From an uncultured Clostridia bacterium (lineage in GTDB: Bacteria; Bacillota; Clostridia; Christensenellales; Aristaeellaceae), in assembly GCA_945877525.1 (NCBI GenBank), contig CAMDVP010000001.1:1-53882 (forward strand): DNA of 53,882 nt. The letters run 5' to 3'. The notes beneath the pieces are model-generated. The model was not told where the DNA came from. It made no database searches and worked only from the letters and a program-made list of their open reading frames with translations. The position numbers and the translations under genes are program-made. Position 1 is the first letter of the stretch. Every line of letters starts with the position of its first letter. Of the stretch, positions 27,386 to 37,567 are shown in pieces.

Positions 27386-29239
27386 TTATAAAAGGCCGCC
27401 ATATCCGGCAGCCTGTAGCTGAGTTGTATCCGTCCATTCCTCCAGAAGCGCCTCATCGTCCCGCGAGTTATCGCTTATGGATATCTCGAATGCCTCGTAC
27501 TCCTCTTCCAGCCTGAGTTTCAACTGGCGTGACAGGTACTTCTCGATGTCAAAGGCGTTCCTCTTGTTGGAATCAGACAGATATTTGTAGTTGGGGTGAC
27601 TTGTGATGTCGTACTTATCCGACAAAAAGGGTCGGACGCCGCGCAGCTGGAGAATACATTTTCCTCCATCCATGACGGCGAGCTCGTCAATCGACATCAA
27701 AGATTTGCCGAGCTTTTGGTAATTGAGACTGTGAGAAATCTCACGTCCGCGGCTTTCGCCGGTGTTATATGTGTCGATGGTCTCCTTGCCGAGCAGCTCC
27801 TCCATCTCCTTGAGCGTAGTCTTCTCCTTGCCGCCCAGGAACAGCAACGTGTCGCAGTTACCGGTGATGGTATCAGCGTTGTCCTTGTAGATGGACTTGA
27901 GCTGACTCTGTGCCTGCAGGATGATACTGGCGGAGATCTCACGGCTGCGGATGGTGGCGATGAGCTTTTCAAAATTGGGGATCTGTCCGATGTTGGCAAA
28001 CTCATCAATCAGGCAGCGGACATGCACCGGCAGCCTGCCGCCGTATACATCGTCTGCCTTTTCGCAGAGCAGATTGAACAGCTGACTATAGGCCAGGCTG
28101 ATGAGAAAGCTGAAGCTGGCATCCGTATCCGACATGATCAGGAACAGCGCGGTTCGCTTGTCGCCGATGGTGTCCAAGGACAGCTCATCGTAGGAAGTGA
28201 TCTCCCGCAGCTCCTCGATGTCAAAGACGGCAAGGCGCGCGCCGCAGCTCACCAGAATGGACTTTGCCGTTTTGCCGGACGCCATCTTGTACTTCTGGTA
28301 TTGCCGAACCGCAAAGTGCCCCGGCTTCCGCTGAGCAAGATCGTCGAATATCTCATCAATCTCGTTGCGAAAGTCCTCGTCGTCCTCCCGCACCTGCATC
28401 TTGTCCAGCATGTCGATCAGCGTCGCAAAGTTCTGCTTCTCCTGTGGTAGCTCATAATGGATGTAGCCGATCAGGGCGATGTACAGCAGCGTTTCGGCCT
28501 TGACCCAAAAATCCTCTCCGGCTTTGCCTTCACCCTTGGTGTTGGCAATCAAAGCCGTGACGAGCTTCAGGATGTCCGTTTCGCTGTGGATGTACGAGAG
28601 TGGATTGTAGTGCATCGACTTTTTGAAGTTGATGGTGTTGAGAATACGCACGTCGTAGCCAGCGGCAGCCAGCATCTTGCCGCACTCCACGACAAGGGTT
28701 CCCTTCGGATCAGTTACTACGAGGGAGGTGCCCTTGGTCTTGGTGCATTGCATGATGTTGGGCTTTACGAAGAATCTCGTTTTGCCGCTGCCGGAGCCGC
28801 CGATGACGAGCACGTTTTTATTGCGCGCATATTGCGGATTCTTAGGACGACTGTTCATCGTCAGGCGCTCGGTTTTCGTGAGGATCACGTTGTTCCATGG
28901 GTCCGGGTCAATGAACGGCTGAATATCGCCGGGCTTGCCCCATCTGGCAGAGCCATATTCAACGTTGTGCCGGTACTTCTTGGCATTCCTGCCTTTTTCG
29001 TAGACGACCAGCCGCAGCAGGCAGCCAAGGGTGATGCCCAACAGAAGGTCTGCGGGAACAAAGCTGGGCCAGGGTGAGCGAAACGCTGCGGCAAAACCGT
29101 CCATGAGGTGGAGCAGCTTTCCCGACATGTCCGTTCCCTCAGCCAAGCGCCATGCCTCTCCCAGCTTGGTGGCATACAGACCGATGAGCACATAGGGAAG
29201 ATTGAGGATCAGCAGCTTCTTGAGCTGTGCTTTGTTCAT
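27386..29239 (-). CDS. virD4: VirD4-like type IV coupling protein (CD1115 family)
   Basis: N-terminal TM segments and Walker A VIGGSGSGKTRF. ATG at 29239 forms an ATGA overlap with the pcfB stop. Confidence 0.9.
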   Translation of the reverse strand: MNKAQLKKLLILNLPYVLIGLYATKLGEAWRLAEGTDMSGKLLHLMDGFAAAFRSPWPSFVPADLLLGITLGCLLRLVVYEKGRNAKKYRHNVEYGSARWGKPGDIQPFIDPDPWNNVILTKTERLTMNSRPKNPQYARNKNVLVIGGSGSGKTRFFVKPNIMQCTKTKGTSLVVTDPKGTLVVECGKMLAAAGYDVRILNTINFKKSMHYNPLSYIHSETDILKLVTALIANTKGEGKAGEDFWVKAETLLYIALIGYIHYELPQEKQNFATLIDMLDKMQVREDDEDFRNEIDEIFDDLAQRKPGHFAVRQYQKYKMASGKTAKSILVSCGARLAVFDIEELREITSYDELSLDTIGDKRTALFLIMSDTDASFSFLISLAYSQLFNLLCEKADDVYGGRLPVHVRCLIDEFANIGQIPNFEKLIATIRSREISASIILQAQSQLKSIYKDNADTITGNCDTLLFLGGKEKTTLKEMEELLGKETIDTYNTGESRGREISHSLNYQKLGKSLMSIDELAVMDGGKCILQLRGVRPFLSDKYDITSHPNYKYLSDSNKRNAFDIEKYLSRQLKLRLEEEYEAFEISISDNSRDDEALLEEWTDTTQLQAAGYGGLL

Positions 29240-29721
29240 CGCTCCATCCCCTTCTGGCGGATGCGCTCCACCTTCTTGCCCGGCGTTTCTCTGGTCGGAT
29301 CGAGCGTCGGTTCGGTGGCAAAGCGCTCCTGCTTTTGCTGCCTGGCCCATGCAACCGAGTAGGCAGCCATCGCCTGATTGATCGCGCTCCGGTCGCGCGC
29401 CTTGAAGTACAGGATGTATCGAGGCTTGCCATCCTGAGAGAAGCCCTTCTGGATGGCGTAGTCCACACCGTATTGCCGGGCATACCGGTCAAAGGATTTC
29501 GCCTCGTTCCGGTCAGCCAGCTCGGTGTTTTCAACGCCCTGATTCTGCGCGATGAGCTGCTTCACGGACTGTTTTCCCTGAGGCTTCACGTTCTGATGCT
29601 CCCGTACCTTGTTTTTGGAGTACCGCAGAAACTTCATGAACGCAGTCGCCAGCGTGCGCGCGGTCAGTTTGCTTGTGTTGATGATCAGGGTAAGCGATTT
29701 GTTTTCAATGTCTTCCTGCAT
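29236..29721 (-). CDS. pcfB: PcfB-family protein (DUF3801)
   Basis: GKQSVKQLI...ARQYGVDYAIQK...YILYFKARD pattern, located immediately upstream of the coupling protein gene. Confidence 0.7.
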   Translation of the reverse strand: MQEDIENKSLTLIINTSKLTARTLATAFMKFLRYSKNKVREHQNVKPQGKQSVKQLIAQNQGVENTELADRNEAKSFDRYARQYGVDYAIQKGFSQDGKPRYILYFKARDRSAINQAMAAYSVAWARQQKQERFATEPTLDPTRETPGKKVERIRQKGMER

Positions 29722-29871
29722 GGGCAGTTACCTCCTATGTCAGAATCAAAAGCGGATGCCACGGAGGCACCTCCAGACGATGAAGGTAGTACATGCGTAT
29801 GACAAATCTATGAGTCATGAGCATTCACCCCTTTCCGCGAATCATCCGGGGATCGAGAAGTACTCTCTTCG

Positions 29872-30234
29872 TCAGTCGTTATCACCGAAGGAGTAATCGT
29901 GGAACATGCTCTCGATCGCATCGTCCTTCGCCTTCGCTTCGGAACGCTGCATACAGGCATCCAGCAGAATCGTGGTGATGCTTTCAACCAGCAGGTTCAT
30001 CTCGCTGTTGCGCAGGGGAATGGCGGAAACAATATCCGGAATGTCGATCCGGCCAGCATCGCGCTTCTCAAGTCGGGTGAGCAGTTCAGAGTACTCCATG
30101 TGTTCGCGCAAGTCATGGAGAAAGACAGCGCTTTCGGTGAGCGCCCTGAACATGCGGTGGCGCTCGTCAAGGCTCGAAAAGCCCATAACATAAAACGCCT
30201 CGCTCTTGGAATTGGTAAAGGAACGAATCATCAT
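29872..30234 (-). CDS. Hypothetical protein
   Basis: 120-aa ORF with GAGGAGGA SD in operon context. No motif recognised. Confidence 0.45.
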   Translation of the reverse strand: MMIRSFTNSKSEAFYVMGFSSLDERHRMFRALTESAVFLHDLREHMEYSELLTRLEKRDAGRIDIPDIVSAIPLRNSEMNLLVESITTILLDACMQRSEAKAKDDAIESMFHDYSFGDND

Positions 30235-30248
30235 CGCTTATGTCCTCC

Positions 30249-32621
30249 TCAGTTGTTTCTTGTATTTCTGCTTGAACGACGCTTGCGAATCAGCCCTGCA
30301 GTGCCGCTGATGACCATCAGGCCAATGCCCACCCACATCACGCCGGTCACAGCCAGATTCACGCCGGTCTGAATGGTCGTGTAGTTGACAAATTTCCTCA
30401 TTTCATCAGGCACGACGTAGGCTTCGTTGATCTTCACCCGGATGACCTCGCCGGAAACACTGTAACCCTCAAGCGTTTCGACTTCCTTGACGAAGTATTC
30501 GCCCGGCTCAAGATCACGGATGCTGACGATGCCGTCCTCGCCGGATTCATAGGTGCCGATGATTCTGCCTCTGGCATCCTCCACGGTGAACTTCGCGCCC
30601 GCCAGCGGAACGCCGGAGCTGTCCGTCTTGATGAACTCATAGTGATTCGGGATGTTCACGCACATGATGGGCTTGGGCTCCGTCCAGTCATCCCCGACAT
30701 GAATACGAATGTCCTCCATGCGGCAATAGCCATTGGGCGCGGCATCTTCACGGATGATCCAGTCGCCATAGTCGAATTGGCTGAAGGTGAATACGCCATC
30801 CTGATTGCTGACAGCGGTTTCCACTTTTTCCATGGTGCTGGCATTGTACAGGCTGAACGTGATACCGGGCATCGGCGTGCCCGCGGTATCGACCTTGATG
30901 CAGGTGATCTTCTTCAACTGATTGACCACCGTGGCCAGAGGCACATCGCTGTTGGTATAGCCCTCGTCGATGGTGACGTGGATCACATCCTTGCTCGTCA
31001 GATACCCGTCAGGCGCTGTGAGCTCGCGGATCGTGTACTTGCCAACTGCGGCACCCACAAAACGCACCAGACCCTCCGCATCCGACACGGCGGTCATGAC
31101 CAGTTCATCCTTATCATCGAAGAGGCCGAACTGTGCGCCGGCCAGGGAGACATTGTTCTGATCGACCTTCTGAACCAGCAGCTCTGTCGGACAGTTGGTC
31201 AGCGTGGCGATGGGCTCGTCCGGGTTTTGGAAGGTACCGTCCACCGTGATCGGCGTCTTCGTATGGTCCTTCACATAGCCGGGCAGGGGCTTGATCTCCT
31301 CAATGGTGTAGGAGCCGTAGGGAATCTGCTCAAAGGTCGCCAGACCTTCGCTGTCCGTAACAGCGGTCGAATGGAGCGTGCCGTCCTTGCGGAAAAGCCC
31401 GTATTCAACGCCTTCCAGCGGCCTGTGCTGCGGATCGACCTTTCGGATGGAGAACCGGGTAACGTCATCCGCAAGCGCAGTCTGCCCGACTACCTCACCC
31501 TGTTCATTGACGGTGAAGGTCATCTCGGTATCATCCAGCGCATAGCCCTCCGGGGCCAGCACCTCCCGGTAGGTGTAGGTACCGGGTACGGCCGGGAATG
31601 CGGGCAGATAACTGTCCTCGCCGGTATAGTCGCGGCAGACGATTTCACCCTCGCCGTTCCGCACCTCAATCAGCGCGCCGGGCAGGGCTGCAGAGCCAGT
31701 TTTGTCGGTCTTTGCGATCCGCACATCCGCGTGGACGATCTCATTGTGGATGGGCAGCCCCACCTGGAAAACAACCTCGTGCTGCTCGTCAGCGAACTCG
31801 TCCGTGATGGTGACGCGGTATCGGGCATCGCTGAGCACCCATCCCTCCGGGGCAGCCAGCTCCTGCACATAGTATTCCCCGTGGGGATAGTCACCGACAA
31901 AGGTCAGAGAACCGTCCGTATCGGTGATGCCGGTTTCGATCAGCGTATCGGCGGGCAGCGTGCCGCCGGCATGCTCGATGGGATCGCTGCTATACAGACC
32001 GAAGACAAAGCCCTCGCCGGGCACGTTCATCAGCCTGGAATGAACCATGCCGTCTTCGTCATGCTGCGTGGCTACGATTTCCTTTTCTTTCGTCAGCGTG
32101 ATGCGCGCGGGCATATGCTCATTGACGGCAGAAAGGCGCGCCGTCACCACCGGGGTGGTGTGATCTGATGCTGTCAGCGCAAGCTCATGGCGCGTTTCAT
32201 CCAGCATATACCCGGCAGGGGCAGAAACCTCGGTCACGATGTATCGCCCAAGGGGCAGCGGGTCTGTAACAACGCTGCTGTCTGCCGTCGTGGTCAGCGT
32301 CGCAGCCAGCTCGCCCTCCCGGAACCAGACCGTCTGATCCTTTCCAACAATGTCCTCGGCAGCGCGCACCTCATACACCGCACCGGGCAGCCAGTCATCC
32401 TGATACAGCGGTGTGTGTACCGTATAGCCGAGTGTATCTTGGTTTTCGCTGAAGCCCTTCAGCACGGAGCCCCACTTGTTGATCTCAATCGTGCCCTTGA
32501 TGGGCGTGTTGGATACCGCGATCTCCTGCACAGCCATTTCACCGGCTTCTGCAAATGCCAGGATGGGGATTGCGAGGATAAGAAGCAGCAGGAAAAAGCT
32601 GCGCATTCGTCTCAACTTCAT
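30249..32621 (-). CDS. Cna-B/SpaA-type repeat surface protein with C-terminal sorting signal
   Basis: Signal peptide MKLRRMRSFFLLLLILAIPILAFA and multiple Cna-B-like repeats (e.g. GAQFGLFDDKDEL...GKYTIRELTAPDGYL). The C-terminus has TIQTG, a hydrophobic segment and RKRRSSR. ATG at 32621 follows AAGAGG. Confidence 0.8.
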   Translation of the reverse strand: MKLRRMRSFFLLLLILAIPILAFAEAGEMAVQEIAVSNTPIKGTIEINKWGSVLKGFSENQDTLGYTVHTPLYQDDWLPGAVYEVRAAEDIVGKDQTVWFREGELAATLTTTADSSVVTDPLPLGRYIVTEVSAPAGYMLDETRHELALTASDHTTPVVTARLSAVNEHMPARITLTKEKEIVATQHDEDGMVHSRLMNVPGEGFVFGLYSSDPIEHAGGTLPADTLIETGITDTDGSLTFVGDYPHGEYYVQELAAPEGWVLSDARYRVTITDEFADEQHEVVFQVGLPIHNEIVHADVRIAKTDKTGSAALPGALIEVRNGEGEIVCRDYTGEDSYLPAFPAVPGTYTYREVLAPEGYALDDTEMTFTVNEQGEVVGQTALADDVTRFSIRKVDPQHRPLEGVEYGLFRKDGTLHSTAVTDSEGLATFEQIPYGSYTIEEIKPLPGYVKDHTKTPITVDGTFQNPDEPIATLTNCPTELLVQKVDQNNVSLAGAQFGLFDDKDELVMTAVSDAEGLVRFVGAAVGKYTIRELTAPDGYLTSKDVIHVTIDEGYTNSDVPLATVVNQLKKITCIKVDTAGTPMPGITFSLYNASTMEKVETAVSNQDGVFTFSQFDYGDWIIREDAAPNGYCRMEDIRIHVGDDWTEPKPIMCVNIPNHYEFIKTDSSGVPLAGAKFTVEDARGRIIGTYESGEDGIVSIRDLEPGEYFVKEVETLEGYSVSGEVIRVKINEAYVVPDEMRKFVNYTTIQTGVNLAVTGVMWVGIGLMVISGTAGLIRKRRSSRNTRNN

Positions 32622-32691
32622 TTGATTGCCTCTTTTCTGAATAGGAATAGGTAAGGAAAAGGCAGCGGTTTGGCCCGCTGCCTTCTTCAGT

Positions 32692-34725
32692 TTACTCTTC
32701 GAGAGATACCGGCTGCGGCTCAGCCTCCGCAGGAATCCAAACCGTGGTGGAATACCCGTCGTCCAGATAATCATCCGGCACGACGGTTTCGACGATCTCG
32801 TATTCGCCCCAGGTCAGCAGCGGCGTCTGCGCAATGCCGTTTTCATCCGTCGTGATCACAGCGACCACCTCGCCGTCTCCCTCGCCGTTATGGGAGGGCA
32901 GGCCAGAGATGCGCGTCACGGTGAACTCCGCACCGGGCAGGCCGTTGGCGGTCTCGCTGTCCGTCTTGACAATGCGGATGACGCCCTGAATCGGCATGTT
33001 GGTCACGGTGCGTGTCACAAGCTCATCCATGCCCACGGTGATTTTCTCGCTCCAGAGCGTATCCTCATAGCCGGTGGGGTTGGCGTGCTCACGCACGATG
33101 TAGTCAGCAGGGAACAGGTCGGGCGATTCCGCGATTCCCTGTTCATTCGTCGTCATCTGCGCAACGCGATCCATGGCGTTCCCGCCCTCGTCCACCGAGT
33201 AAATGTCAAACTGAACGCCGGCAATCGTGTGCTGATCCAGCGCATCCTGCTTCGTGATCCTGATTCGGCCCGGCGCATCCTCATTGACTACCGTCGCCAG
33301 CAGCGTGGTGGGATTGAGGTAGGTGCCGTCAATCGTCACCGACCACTCCTCCGCAGACGGATGATAGCCATAGGGCGCGCTGAGCTCGCGGATGGTGTAC
33401 TCGCCATATGCAATCTGCTGGAACAGCACGGAACCATCCGCAGCGGAGGTGGCCTCCTGCACCTTGGTGCCATCGCTGTCAAACAGACCAAACACCGCGC
33501 CCGCCAGCGCCTCGCCGTTCTGCTTGGTCTTTTTCAGCATCACCCTGTTGATCTCATCCCGGATCACGGTATCTCCCGTCACCTTGCCGTCGGCGGTCAC
33601 CGTGAAGGTTTTGACAGCCACATTCAGCGCATAGCCGCTGGGGGCGTAGGTTTCCTTGAAGGTGTAGGTACCGGGCACAACGGGGATGTTGGGGATTTCG
33701 CCGTTCTCATTGGTGTATTCGCGGTAGATGGTGTTGCCGTCCGAATCGTACACCTCAATGAGCGCGCCCGGCAGCTTCTTCGCGCTGGTAATGTCCGTCT
33801 TGGTAATCGTCACGGGCGTGTAGATCAGGCGATTCAGGATCGGGTTTTCCAGATACACGGTGATGACGTTTTCGCTGACGGCTTTATTAGCAGAAGTCAG
33901 CGTCACAGGGTACTTCTCCGTGCTGAGCAGCCAGCCGTCCGGCACGGACAGCTCCCTGATGTAGTAATTGCCATGCGGATACAGGCCGGAGAAGGTCAGA
34001 TTGCCCTGCGCATCCGTCGTGCCGGTGGCCACCAGCGTATTGGCAGGCAGCTTCTGGCTGTCACCATAGGTGATAATCTCGCCTGTGTACAGGCCAAACA
34101 CAAAGCCCTCGCCGGGATAGACCTCAACCGTCTGGTGAATCATGCCCGCCTGCGTCTGCGTGAGCAGCAGATCCTCCTTCTGCTTGCGCAGAGTCACACG
34201 CACCGGCAGATAGGTATTGCTGGCGGACACCTTGACCTCGACAATCGCAGTCTGCTTATCCACGGCAGCCAGCGTGAAGGGGTGAGGTGTGCTATCAAAT
34301 ACATAGCCGTCCGGTGCGGAGATTTCCGTGAGGGTATACTTGCCCAGCGGCAGCACCTTGGATTTGACTGAGCCGGCTTTGCTGGTGGTCAGCGTCTCGA
34401 TCAGCTCGTCCTTCTGATAGAACACGGAGCCTTCCTTGCCCACAATGTCCTCGGCAGCGCGCAGCTCAAAGACAGCGCCGGCCAGATAACCGTTTTGGAA
34501 AACCGGGCGCATGACGGTGTTGCCGTAAGCATCCTGCTCGTCCTCGAAGCGAACCAGCTGCAGGCCGGTCTTTTCCAGCAGCACATCGCCGCGCACAGGC
34601 GTGTTGGTCACGTTCACCGTGATGGTCGCAGTTTCGGCAGCCAGAGCGGTTGCCGCCGTGAAGGACAACAGCAGAAGCATGGTCATGCCCAAATGAAGCA
34701 GTCTTTTCATGAATCTCATCATCAT
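32692..34725 (-). CDS. Cna-B/SpaA-type repeat secreted protein without a recognisable sorting signal
   Basis: Signal peptide and repeated Cna-B-like modules (GAVFGLFDSDGTKV...GEYTIRELSAPYGY). It ends ...PAEAEPQPVSLEE with no TM or charged tail. Confidence 0.8.
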   Translation of the reverse strand: MMMRFMKRLLHLGMTMLLLLSFTAATALAAETATITVNVTNTPVRGDVLLEKTGLQLVRFEDEQDAYGNTVMRPVFQNGYLAGAVFELRAAEDIVGKEGSVFYQKDELIETLTTSKAGSVKSKVLPLGKYTLTEISAPDGYVFDSTPHPFTLAAVDKQTAIVEVKVSASNTYLPVRVTLRKQKEDLLLTQTQAGMIHQTVEVYPGEGFVFGLYTGEIITYGDSQKLPANTLVATGTTDAQGNLTFSGLYPHGNYYIRELSVPDGWLLSTEKYPVTLTSANKAVSENVITVYLENPILNRLIYTPVTITKTDITSAKKLPGALIEVYDSDGNTIYREYTNENGEIPNIPVVPGTYTFKETYAPSGYALNVAVKTFTVTADGKVTGDTVIRDEINRVMLKKTKQNGEALAGAVFGLFDSDGTKVQEATSAADGSVLFQQIAYGEYTIRELSAPYGYHPSAEEWSVTIDGTYLNPTTLLATVVNEDAPGRIRITKQDALDQHTIAGVQFDIYSVDEGGNAMDRVAQMTTNEQGIAESPDLFPADYIVREHANPTGYEDTLWSEKITVGMDELVTRTVTNMPIQGVIRIVKTDSETANGLPGAEFTVTRISGLPSHNGEGDGEVVAVITTDENGIAQTPLLTWGEYEIVETVVPDDYLDDGYSTTVWIPAEAEPQPVSLEE

Positions 34726-34740
34726 TGTATTTCCTCCTCC

Positions 34741-37548
34741 TCATTGGATGGTTACGGTAGTTGTGTACCCGGCATCCAGATAGCCATTCGGCACGCCGGT
34801 TTCGGTGACGCTGTACTTCCCCCAGGGAAGAAGCCCTGTTTCAGCGATGCCCTGGGCATTGGTCGTGATGGTCGCAACGACCCTGCCAATGTCGGCGGCA
34901 TTGTCAGAAGCCGGGCCGGAAAGGCGCGTAACAGAAAAGACAGCTCCAGCCAGCGGTTTGCCGGTCAGGCTGTCCGTCTTGACCACCCGGATGCGGCCTG
35001 TGATGCGGTCATTGGTAAAGGAGACATTGGTAGTCGTACCCGCAGCGACGGTCACGCCGGACGAAGACGATGCAGACAGCGCATAGCCCTCAGGCGCACT
35101 CTTTTCCCGAACGGTGTAGGTGCCGGGCGTAAGATCGGCAAAGAGCACCACGCCGTCAGAACCAGTCGTTTTTGTCGCCAGAACAGAGCCGCTGCTGCTC
35201 AGCAGTTCAAAGACTGCACCCTTCAGGAGAATGCCATCCGAAGATTTCTTCGTGACCTTGATCTCGCCCGTGCTCAGCTCAAAGGTCACGCTGGCAGACT
35301 GCAGCGCATACGGGGAGCCGTAGAGCGGAACCATGATTTTTTGAATGGCCACGCTGGGGATACCGACGAGAAAATAGGCTTCCTCGTCGTCCGAGGAGAC
35401 GGATTCCATGGAGATAGCAAACCGGCTGCTCGATGATGTCACCCGGATGGTATCCCCGCTTTTGATGTAGTAGTAGCTGCCGTCCGAGCCGCCGCTGTTG
35501 CCAGTCAGCGTGCCGACCGACCTCGGAATGCGGATCAGGTCGGCATCCGTGGTCAGCGTGACGGTGCCGATGTAGCTGGAGCCGGACACGCTCAGGCTCT
35601 GATTGGAGGCTGTGATCTTGCCCGTGATGGAGGCGCGGGCAATGCCGTTTTCCGCAAGCCATCTAGCATAGGTGAGGTAGACAGCAGGCGCGCCGCCGGA
35701 GAAGGCATAAAAGCTGTCCATGTCCCAGTAGCTGCGGACATACTGCGAGCCTTCGAGCTGCTTGATCACCTCGCGCATGGCAAACTGACCAGCGACGCGC
35801 GACCAGACCTCGTTGTTGGAATCGCTGCGGTTGAGCGCCATGAAGGGGTAGGTGTGGCGCAGCACCCAAGCAAGCGCGTGCATGGTTTTTGCGGAAAAGC
35901 GCACGCCCGAAACACCGCCGCCGCCGGAGTTGTTGACGAAGTAGTCCATGTCCACCAGCACATACGGGCCCTTCGCGGTCTGATTGGAGCCGGAACCCTC
36001 ACCGGGGCCAGATAGATTGTGCTCCAGACAGTACACCGTATAGCCCTCCAGATAGTGCGGCGTGGCATAGATCGTGCCGTGAGAGGCGGACTTGGCGATC
36101 TGGGGATAAGCGCTGTCCCTGCCCGAGCTGCCATACAGGGAGGACTGCCAGGCGTAAAAGCCGCCGATGCTTCCATTGATGTTTTTCAGGGAGAAGCCGT
36201 TCATCGGGGTTGTAAAGAGACTGATGTCCATTGCCTGCAGTGCCTCAAGAAACTCCTGCGAATAGGCAAAATCCGTCACTGTACAGGCATCGCTATCCGC
36301 GGGGCCGGTTTCTGCAGCCATGACCCAGCAGGTGGCGTAGTCCGTCCACTTCATGGTGCCGTCTGCAAAATCATCGCCATACAGGAATCGCACCTCGTAC
36401 CAGCCGTTGCCCAGCTCATCGGTGGTGACGGACAGCACCTGCACGGTCGCATCACTCACAAACTGACCGAGGTACCCGTCACAGTAATCATCCTCGATGG
36501 CGTATTCGTTGACGTACTCCAGGACGCGCGTATCGGTCGTAACGCTGACATAATCGCCGGGTACGGCAAGCACCGGCGCATCGGGGTTTTCTTCGAGAGG
36601 CAGGATTTCTTCCATGTCCGTAACAGGAAGCAGATCGGCTGCATCACCAAGTTCATCCTGTTCGGGCTGAAGCCCGGCAGCATCATCCGGCGTTTCCGCA
36701 TCAGTCTGCTGTTCGTCGGGCACAGTGTCCACCTGCGTTTCCGCAGAATCATCTTCCGCATCCGCTGTCGGCTGTTCACTGCTGACGATGAACAGAGGCA
36801 TCAGGCCGATGTCCGTCATGCCCTCGCCTGCGGGGAAGAAACTGATCTGTGGAATATCCTCATCCAGCAGATAGCTGCTGTCCAGATCATCCGCGCGGAC
36901 ATAGCCGCAGATGACTTCGCCCGTTTCGTTCAGGAACCACACCTTCACCGATGCGGGAGCGACAAACTCGGTTGCCAGGACAAGGAAGACATCCTCCGTC
37001 GTGGTGTAAACCAGCGATTCTTCTGTCATCGCGGCGTCGCTGTACACGGCTGCTTTGTGGACGGTGGCGACGTAGACATGACCGTGTTCGTCAAGAGCCG
37101 CCTGAATCGGGAGCCTGTTGTCAGGCTCAGCTTCCTCCTTGGGTGTATTGTCCTCATTTTCTTCTTCCGATGCGTCCGCAGGCTCATCGGGGAGCGCATC
37201 CTGTGCATCATCTCCCTGCGGATTGTCAGCAGGCGCGCCGTCAGTGTTGTCATCTGCGGATTCTTCCTGCTCGGAAGCAGGGTCATCCTCAGGGGGATCG
37301 CTGTCGCCATGGGATTCATCAGGGTCTACCGAATTCTCCGGGGCAGGCTCGCCTTCTGTTTGCTCGGCCTCCTGTTCATCGGAAGGAAGCGTCGGCTCCG
37401 GTACTGCCTCGCCATCCGTGGCGATAATTGTGGGCAGATCGGTGGGCGTTGTGGTTTCTGCCCATGCGCCCACAGGCATACAGCCGAGTGCCATGCTCAT
37501 CGCCAGCACAAGCGCTGCAAACCGTTTTGTTTTTCGTCTCAACTGCAT
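34741..37548 (-). CDS. Large secreted adhesin-like protein: acidic N-terminal region, unassigned central domain and two C-terminal Cna-B repeats; no sorting signal
   Basis: Signal peptide, D/E/P-rich region of about 150 aa, and C-terminal repeats GAVFELLSSSGSV...GTYTVREKSAPEGY and GAVFSVTRLSG...GKYSVTETGVPNGY. It ends ...TTTVTIQ. Confidence 0.75.
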   Translation of the reverse strand: MQLRRKTKRFAALVLAMSMALGCMPVGAWAETTTPTDLPTIIATDGEAVPEPTLPSDEQEAEQTEGEPAPENSVDPDESHGDSDPPEDDPASEQEESADDNTDGAPADNPQGDDAQDALPDEPADASEEENEDNTPKEEAEPDNRLPIQAALDEHGHVYVATVHKAAVYSDAAMTEESLVYTTTEDVFLVLATEFVAPASVKVWFLNETGEVICGYVRADDLDSSYLLDEDIPQISFFPAGEGMTDIGLMPLFIVSSEQPTADAEDDSAETQVDTVPDEQQTDAETPDDAAGLQPEQDELGDAADLLPVTDMEEILPLEENPDAPVLAVPGDYVSVTTDTRVLEYVNEYAIEDDYCDGYLGQFVSDATVQVLSVTTDELGNGWYEVRFLYGDDFADGTMKWTDYATCWVMAAETGPADSDACTVTDFAYSQEFLEALQAMDISLFTTPMNGFSLKNINGSIGGFYAWQSSLYGSSGRDSAYPQIAKSASHGTIYATPHYLEGYTVYCLEHNLSGPGEGSGSNQTAKGPYVLVDMDYFVNNSGGGGVSGVRFSAKTMHALAWVLRHTYPFMALNRSDSNNEVWSRVAGQFAMREVIKQLEGSQYVRSYWDMDSFYAFSGGAPAVYLTYARWLAENGIARASITGKITASNQSLSVSGSSYIGTVTLTTDADLIRIPRSVGTLTGNSGGSDGSYYYIKSGDTIRVTSSSSRFAISMESVSSDDEEAYFLVGIPSVAIQKIMVPLYGSPYALQSASVTFELSTGEIKVTKKSSDGILLKGAVFELLSSSGSVLATKTTGSDGVVLFADLTPGTYTVREKSAPEGYALSASSSSGVTVAAGTTTNVSFTNDRITGRIRVVKTDSLTGKPLAGAVFSVTRLSGPASDNAADIGRVVATITTNAQGIAETGLLPWGKYSVTETGVPNGYLDAGYTTTVTIQ

Positions 37549-37567
37549 GTTTTTCTCCTTTTAACTT

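Noticed and set aside
29722-29871. oriT in the 150-bp gap upstream of pcfB, or in the CCAGATT direct repeat near 2383-2420 upstream of mobC.
   Set aside because: Only short, weak inverted repeats were found (ATGAC/GTCAT, and a 4-bp stem around AGTACT). No nick-site consensus I can recognise is present, so no oriT call is made.
34741-37548. A possible thioester (TED) adhesin domain in the 935-aa protein (VYCLEHNLSGP, with a downstream GQFAM or TMHALAW).
   Set aside because: The Cys motif is suggestive, but I could not find a convincing TQxA(I/V)W-type Gln motif at the expected spacing. Support is insufficient without an HMM or a structure prediction.
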